A stretch of DNA of 54,156 bases. It comes from Opitutales bacterium (lineage in GTDB: Bacteria > Verrucomicrobiota > Verrucomicrobiia > Opitutales > JABSRG01). Where the stretch lies: assembly GCA_049599475.1 (NCBI GenBank), contig JBMYOQ010000020.1:1-54156 (forward strand), read 5' to 3'. Positions 48,642 through 54,156 of this stretch are shown here, one piece after another; the stretch's first letter is position 1; each line of letters opens with the position of its first letter. The notes under the pieces were generated by a model, which made no database searches, had not been told where the DNA came from, and saw only the letters and a list, made by a program, of their open reading frames with translations. A program made the position numbers and the translations under genes.

Positions 48642-51600
48642 ATGTCCTTATTCGCAGCTATCAATCATAAGACGGAGTATACTTACGCGCGTCCGGCGCA
48701 GCTGAATCCGCAGACGATTCGTCTCCGTCCTGCTCCTCACAGCAAGTCTCCGATCCTGAGTTACTCGCTCAACATCAGCCCGGAGAACCATTTCATTAAC
48801 TGGCTGCAAGACCCCCAGGGCAACTATCTGGCGCGCATTGTTTTCCCGGATAAAATCGAACATTTTAAGATCGAGGTCGACCTGGTAACCGAGCTCGCGA
48901 TGTTTAACCCCTTCGACTTTTTCCTCGAAGAATACGCGACTGAGTTTCCGTTTAAATACACTTCCAGCGAGTTGCTCGACCTGCAGCCTTACCTAGTAGA
49001 TCCGGTCGATATCGGCACGCGCTTTAAGTATCTAGTCCAAAGCATCGATCTCACGCCGAAGGGCACGATGGACTTCCTCGTCGAGCTCAATGCTAAGATC
49101 CAGAAGGACACCAATTACAACATCCGTATGGAGCCGGGTGTGCAGACGCCCGAGGAGACTTTGGAAAAGAAGTCGGGCAGCTGCCGCGATTCCGCTTGGC
49201 TGCTGGTCAATGTATGCCGTGCGCTCGGTTTGGCGGCGCGTTTTGTCTCGGGCTATCTCATCCAGCTCGAGCCCGATCAAAAGTCGCTCGATGGCCCATC
49301 GGGGACAGATCATGATTTTACCGATTTGCACGCGTGGGCTGAAGTGTATTTGCCCGGCGCGGGCTGGGTAGGTCTCGATGCGACTTCGGGCCTCCTGACC
49401 GCCGAGGGTCACATCCCTCTCGCCTGCACGCCCACACCGACCACGGCAGCGCCCATCGAAGGCGGACTGGAGCCGGTCGAGACGCAGTTCAACTTCGATA
49501 TGAGCGTCACCCGCGTGCGCGAACATCCACGCGTGACCAAGCCTTATTCTGACGAAGAATGGAATAAAGTCATGGCGCTTGGCGAGCAGATCGACCGCGA
49601 CATCGTCGACAACGACATCCGCCTGACCATGGGCGGCGAGCCGACTTTCATCTCCATCGACGATATGGACGGCGACGAGTGGAATACCGAAGCCGTGGGC
49701 CCTGCCAAGCGCACGCTTTCCGAGATGCTCATGCTCAAGCTCGCTGATCGCTGGAGCAAACACGGTCTACTCCACTACGGCCAAGGCAAATGGTATCCCG
49801 GCGAATCCCTGCCCCGCTGGGCTTTCACTTGCTACTGGCGCAAAGACGGCGAACCCCTCTGGCGCGACCCCAGCCTCATTGCCGAATTGGAGAAGGATTA
49901 TGGATACGGGGAAAAAGAGGCCGAGGCCTTCACGCGCCACCTAAGCACGGTCCTCGGTGTCGAAGCGGATTACGCAATGCCGGCCTACGAGGACGTTTGG
50001 TATTACCTGTGGAAAGAGCGGAAATTGCCCAGCAATGTAAACCCGCTCGACAATAAGCTCAACGATCCCGAGGAACGCGCTCGAGTCTCTCAGATTTTTG
50101 AAACGGGCCTCGAGACGCCTCGCGGCTGGGTGCTCCCCCTTCAACGCCAGCGTCAGGAACAACAGAGTAAAGACCGTGGCAGCTGGATGAGCGGTTCTTG
50201 GGCCCTACGTCAGACCCAGCTGTTCTTAATTCCCGGAGACTCTCCCGTCGGCCTACGCCTGCCCATGGAGTCGCAGCCTTGGGTTAACCAGACCGATTAC
50301 CCTTACATCAACAATCCCGACCCTACCACCATCCCGTCCCACGAGCCGTTCCCGGGGATGGAAAATAAGTACAGCGAATACATCCAACGGGCACTCGAAT
50401 ACCACACCACCAAGACCCGCAGCAAAGGCGACTTCGGGCCCAATCCCCAAACCCTCTCCACAGATTCAAAACAACGTGAAGATACGTCCGGCATTCCGGT
50501 CGTCCGTACCGCGCTCTGCGTGGAACCTCGTGCCGGCAAACTCTTTGTCTTCATGCCGCCGCTGAAGGCTGCCGAGGATTATTTTGAGCTGATCGCGGCG
50601 ATTGAGGCGACTGCCAAAGCACTCGATCTCAAAGTGGTCATTGAAGGGGAAAACCCACCTTTCGACCCACGCATCGAATTTTTCAAGATTACGCCCGACC
50701 CCGGAGTCATCGAGGTGAACGTCCATCCTTCCAGCAATTGGAACGAGCTCGTTGAGCGCACGTTTAATATTTACGACGACGCCCGAGAATGCCGCTTGGG
50801 CACTGACAAATACATGATCGACGGGCGCCACACCGGCACCGGTGGCGGCAACCACATTGTGATGGGCGCCAGTGCGCCGGTCGACAGCCCCTTTTTACGG
50901 CGTCCGGATCTTTTGCGCAGTATGGTCGCTTACTGGCACCATCACCCCAGCCTCTCCTACCTGTTTTCCGGCCTCTTCGTCGGCCCCACAAGCCAGTCGC
51001 CGCGCATCGACGAAGCCCGCAACGATTCGCTTTACGAGATGGAGATCGCCTTCAAGGAAGTCGACCGCGTGGGCCCGAATCCGCAGTTTTGGATGGTCGA
51101 TCGCATTTTCCGCAATCTCCTTATCGACTCCACCGGCAACACCCACCGCGCCGAATTCTGCATAGACAAGCTCTACTCGCCTGACGGCTCCACCGGCCGA
51201 CTCGGCTTGCTCGAGCTGCGCAGCTTCGAAATGCCGCCGCACGCCCGCATGAGCCTCGCCCAACAAGTCCTCATCCGCGCCCTCATTGCTCATTTCTGGA
51301 AAAAGCCCTATTCGCCCAAAAAACTCGCGCGCTGGGGCACGCAACTGCACGACAAGTGGATGTTACCCGAGTTTATCTGGCAGGATTTCCAAGAGGTTCT
51401 CCAGGATCTCAATGACGCCGGCTACAACTTCTCCGAGCTATGGTATCAGGCTCACCTCGAGTTCCGCTTCCCCTTCTACGGCGAGTTCAAATATCAGGAA
51501 ACGCGCATCGAGCTGCGCAATGCCCTCGAGCCCTGGCACGTCCTTGGCGAGCACGGCGCGACCGGGGGCACGGTCCGCTTCGTCGACTCCTCCGTCGAGC

Positions 51601-52010
51601 GTATGCAGGTTAAAGCGACGGGCTTCAACGCCGACCGCTACATCCTCACCTGCAACGGCCGCAAAATCCCGATGCAGGCAACCGGCACCCACGGAGAATT
51701 CGTAGCCGCCGTCCGCTACCGCGCATGGCAGCCCCCAGAATGCCTCCACCCAACGATCGAGGTAGATACACCGATCGTGATCGACCTCGTGGACACCTGG
51801 ACCATGCGCTCTGTGGCCGGCTGCACCTACCACGTAGGCCATCCAGGCGGACGCAATTACGACTCTTTCCCGGTAAATTCTTACGAAGCCGAAAGCCGTC
51901 GTCTATCGCGCTTCCAAGCCATGGGTCACACGCCCGGCCCGATCACAGAGCTGCCAGCGGATGAGCCCAATCCGGAGTTTCCGCATACTTTGGATATGAG
52001 GCGATTCTGA
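48642..52010 (+). CDS. Large transglutaminase plus DUF2126 (putative amidoligase) fusion
   Basis: IRLRPAPH, GSCRDSAW, DLHAW, LTMGGEPTF, QGKWYPGESLPRW, TPDPGVIEVN, GTGGGNH, GNTHRAEFCIDKLY, ELRSFEMPPH. Confidence 0.92.
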   Translation: MSLFAAINHKTEYTYARPAQLNPQTIRLRPAPHSKSPILSYSLNISPENHFINWLQDPQGNYLARIVFPDKIEHFKIEVDLVTELAMFNPFDFFLEEYATEFPFKYTSSELLDLQPYLVDPVDIGTRFKYLVQSIDLTPKGTMDFLVELNAKIQKDTNYNIRMEPGVQTPEETLEKKSGSCRDSAWLLVNVCRALGLAARFVSGYLIQLEPDQKSLDGPSGTDHDFTDLHAWAEVYLPGAGWVGLDATSGLLTAEGHIPLACTPTPTTAAPIEGGLEPVETQFNFDMSVTRVREHPRVTKPYSDEEWNKVMALGEQIDRDIVDNDIRLTMGGEPTFISIDDMDGDEWNTEAVGPAKRTLSEMLMLKLADRWSKHGLLHYGQGKWYPGESLPRWAFTCYWRKDGEPLWRDPSLIAELEKDYGYGEKEAEAFTRHLSTVLGVEADYAMPAYEDVWYYLWKERKLPSNVNPLDNKLNDPEERARVSQIFETGLETPRGWVLPLQRQRQEQQSKDRGSWMSGSWALRQTQLFLIPGDSPVGLRLPMESQPWVNQTDYPYINNPDPTTIPSHEPFPGMENKYSEYIQRALEYHTTKTRSKGDFGPNPQTLSTDSKQREDTSGIPVVRTALCVEPRAGKLFVFMPPLKAAEDYFELIAAIEATAKALDLKVVIEGENPPFDPRIEFFKITPDPGVIEVNVHPSSNWNELVERTFNIYDDARECRLGTDKYMIDGRHTGTGGGNHIVMGASAPVDSPFLRRPDLLRSMVAYWHHHPSLSYLFSGLFVGPTSQSPRIDEARNDSLYEMEIAFKEVDRVGPNPQFWMVDRIFRNLLIDSTGNTHRAEFCIDKLYSPDGSTGRLGLLELRSFEMPPHARMSLAQQVLIRALIAHFWKKPYSPKKLARWGTQLHDKWMLPEFIWQDFQEVLQDLNDAGYNFSELWYQAHLEFRFPFYGEFKYQETRIELRNALEPWHVLGEHGATGGTVRFVDSSVERMQVKATGFNADRYILTCNGRKIPMQATGTHGEFVAAVRYRAWQPPECLHPTIEVDTPIVIDLVDTWTMRSVAGCTYHVGHPGGRNYDSFPVNSYEAESRRLSRFQAMGHTPGPITELPADEPNPEFPHTLDMRRF

Positions 52011-52014
52011 AGAA

Positions 52015-52086
52015 CCGAATGAGGAATGACGAAGCCCGGATGAGGAACGACGCATTGCTTCGCCATCTCCGGCATTCATCATTCGG
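52015..52086. repeat. Imperfect inverted repeat made of GAATGA(C/G) heptamer-like units
   Basis: 52015-52034 CCGAATGAGGAATGACGAAG vs 52067-52086 CTCCGGCATTCATCATTCGG; 17/20 complementary. Confidence 0.65.
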
Positions 52087-52112
52087 ATTTCTTAATTCGC
52101 CATTACATCCCA

Positions 52113-52805
52113 ATGTCTCAAGTCACCACCATCAGCTTCTGCCGTTATCCCAACTTTAAGGCAATTCATTGGGCCCTAAGCCAGATGGAATATGCGAAGA
52201 AGCCTTTGCGGGCGACTGCAGGGCTGCGGTGTTTCAAGCTGATGGGATGCGGGCGCGGCGAGGGTTTTAACCCCTGGCCGGATTGGTCGGCTTATTGTGT
52301 TTTGCTCGTTTGGGATAACGAGGATGCAGCCAGCCGTTTTTTTGAGAGCTCACCGCTCTGGGCGGAATTCCAGGAACGCACCTCAGAGATTTGGACCTTT
52401 TGGATGGGCTGTTTGCGGGCGAAGGGCGCATGGTCCGGTGGAAATCCTTTTGAAATGATTGATGAGCGAGCCGCCACAGAGCACACAGCAGTGATCACGC
52501 GTGCCACCATCAAGTTGAGCAAATTGGCCAAGTTCTGGAAATATGTTCCCGAGTCACAACGACGCCTCAGTGATTCCCCAGGCCTCCTATTCTCTGCCGG
52601 AATCGGGGAAATCCCCATTATCCAGATGGCGACTTTCAGCGTCTGGAACACCGCCGAAGCCATGAAGGCCTACGCCTATGGCAACCCTGAGCACAAAAAG
52701 GCCATCGAGATGACGCGCTCTCTGGGCTGGTACAAAGAAGAGCTGTTTTCTAGGTTCGCAGTCTTGAAGAGCGAAGGCAGCTGGAATGGGAATTCGTTAG
52801 TATAG
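52113..52805 (+). CDS. Spheroidene monooxygenase (CrtA)-like / DUF3291 protein
   Basis: GL..FKLMGCGRGEGFNPWPDW, G.WSG..PF, ITRATI, GIGE.P...ATFSVW, H..AI, WYKEELF.RF. Confidence 0.7.
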   Translation: MSQVTTISFCRYPNFKAIHWALSQMEYAKKPLRATAGLRCFKLMGCGRGEGFNPWPDWSAYCVLLVWDNEDAASRFFESSPLWAEFQERTSEIWTFWMGCLRAKGAWSGGNPFEMIDERAATEHTAVITRATIKLSKLAKFWKYVPESQRRLSDSPGLLFSAGIGEIPIIQMATFSVWNTAEAMKAYAYGNPEHKKAIEMTRSLGWYKEELFSRFAVLKSEGSWNGNSLV

Positions 52806-52955
52806 CTAAAAATGCGTAAAGATAAGGAAAAGGCGGTTAGCAACTCTGCGTAATGTAAATATTTACTTGTTTAAGAATTAAAAATCACCTTAGCTTCCGA
52901 CATATCAAAAATACCCCCCGTTACGTTGTTCCAATAACCCCCGTCCCTATTTTTT

Positions 52956-54134
52956 ATGAGCCGCAAAACTCATCTGCTTTGGTGTGCTGTAATCTCGAAC
53001 CTGAACCTCTCAGCTATCGACTTAAACAATGATGGCATGTGCGATGTATGGGAATCCCGGTACCGTGCCGGAGCTCTACTCCCCGACGATGACGAAGACC
53101 AAGATGGCTGGACCAATCTAGACGAATCTAAGGCAGGCACAGATCCATTTTCAAAAGAATCATTTCTAGAAGCGAAAATTCGCTTGAACAATGAAAACGA
53201 CTTCGAAGTCGTTGTTCCATGCGAGCCAGGAAAGCAGTATCAACTCTACACATCATCAGACCTCTCTGACTCATGGATGCCCTCTGGCTCAGCTATTGTT
53301 GCCAATAGCGATTCTCATACGTTCGCGATAGCTCAGCCACCCATTATGGCTTTCTATAAAGTCATAGTGTCCGATGCAGACGGCGATCTAGATACGGTGA
53401 GCAATTGGGCAGAACTTCAAATGGATGGCTTTAACCCAGGCCTGTATGACTCGTTTCTCACCGGATCACAAAATGGTGACCTCACAGCAATGCAATCGCT
53501 CCTCAACGACATCAGCGGAGCAGGTTTTTCAATCGAACAAACAGCACCTGATGCCTACGAACTCGAAGGCAGCGATGCCATAATTACAATCAATCGTAGT
53601 GGAGACCTCAGCTACCCACTTACTCTATATTTCAAGGCAGAAACTGCGACGGAGACCGGGCGTGGCCAAGCAGATACCAGCGACTACCAATTAAATATAC
53701 CCGACCGCATTGTCATTCCTGCGGGTTCCATTTCTGGGGAGCTTCGTGTGAGTCCTATCCTTGATACTGAAATCGAAGTCCCCGAACTCTTAGATGTATT
53801 TTTCGGCCTGAGTAGTACACCTGCTAGAGTCCGCATATGTGACGCATCAAATGATCCCGAGAATGATCGTTTAATGATCGCACGCCTCCGCCACATCTCA
53901 GGAGTATCGACGAACGCCAGTGGACTATCAGTACTCAGACTCAATGGATCCAACGAGCGCGCAGTAGTTACGGTCGACTTTTCGAATCTTATAGGAACGC
54001 TCACAAACACCCAAATTCTCAATACAAGTGAATCGATTCTTCAGTCCGTTCCGCCCTTTAATTTTCAAGGCCAAGAATGGGAAATAATCGCCGGCAACAC
54101 CTATTGTCGGTTTGCGGTTAAAATGCACCAGTAA
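52956..54134 (+). pseudogene. Secreted Ca-binding surface protein (TSP3-like, Calx-beta-like and CHRD-like parts), apparently truncated by an IS at 54105
   Basis: Signal peptide; DLNNDGMCDVWE, DEDQDGWTNLDE..AGTDP, DADGD; the last 9 codons and stop come from the IS-like end. Confidence 0.6.
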
Positions 54135-54156
54135 TTTGCGGGTGAAAGTGCACCAT
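54105..54156. mobile_element. Probable terminus of an IS21-family insertion sequence (continues beyond the window)
   Basis: Starts TGT, then tandem repeats TTTGCGGTTAAAATGCACCA (54111-54130) and TTTGCGGGTGAAAGTGCACCA (54135-54155). Confidence 0.7.

Noticed and set aside
49032..51842. Many 60-243 aa minus-strand ORFs
   Set aside because: Shadows of the GC-rich DUF2126 gene
54111..54155. Direct repeats as the start of a CRISPR array
   Set aside because: Only 4 nt separate the copies, too short for a spacer; fits an IS end better; no cas genes

Overview
Gene-dense, mostly housekeeping bacterial chromosome segment read in the standard genetic code. Gene content suggests a marine Verrucomicrobiota (Opitutales-like) organism, which is an inference. 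It holds an ActP-type symporter pair, rarA, comEC, a btuF-btuB-metF-like B12 block, tRNA-Val(TAC)-ilvN-ilvC, a CHASE/PAS hybrid kinase, cysK, an M32 carboxypeptidase, pyrR-pyrB-pyrC, a Ski2-like helicase and hpt. It also holds a cp-ATP-grasp/alpha-E plus two-transglutaminase peptide-ligase module and a sucrose cluster (SPP, fructokinase, SPS, amylosucrase). Most notable: (1) a 7-TM protein that aligns by eye helix-for-helix with proteorhodopsin but lacks the retinal lysine, placed head-to-head with a receiver plus degenerate sigma54-type AAA+ protein; (2) a thymidine-phosphorylase homolog whose catalytic His and phosphate loop are replaced while the base pocket is kept; (3) an in-frame TAA splitting the bifunctional SPS-SPP gene; (4) an IS21-like end truncating the last gene; (5) tandem-unit inverted repeats bracketing the large transglutaminase/DUF2126 gene. 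All protein calls come from motif recognition, not database searches.
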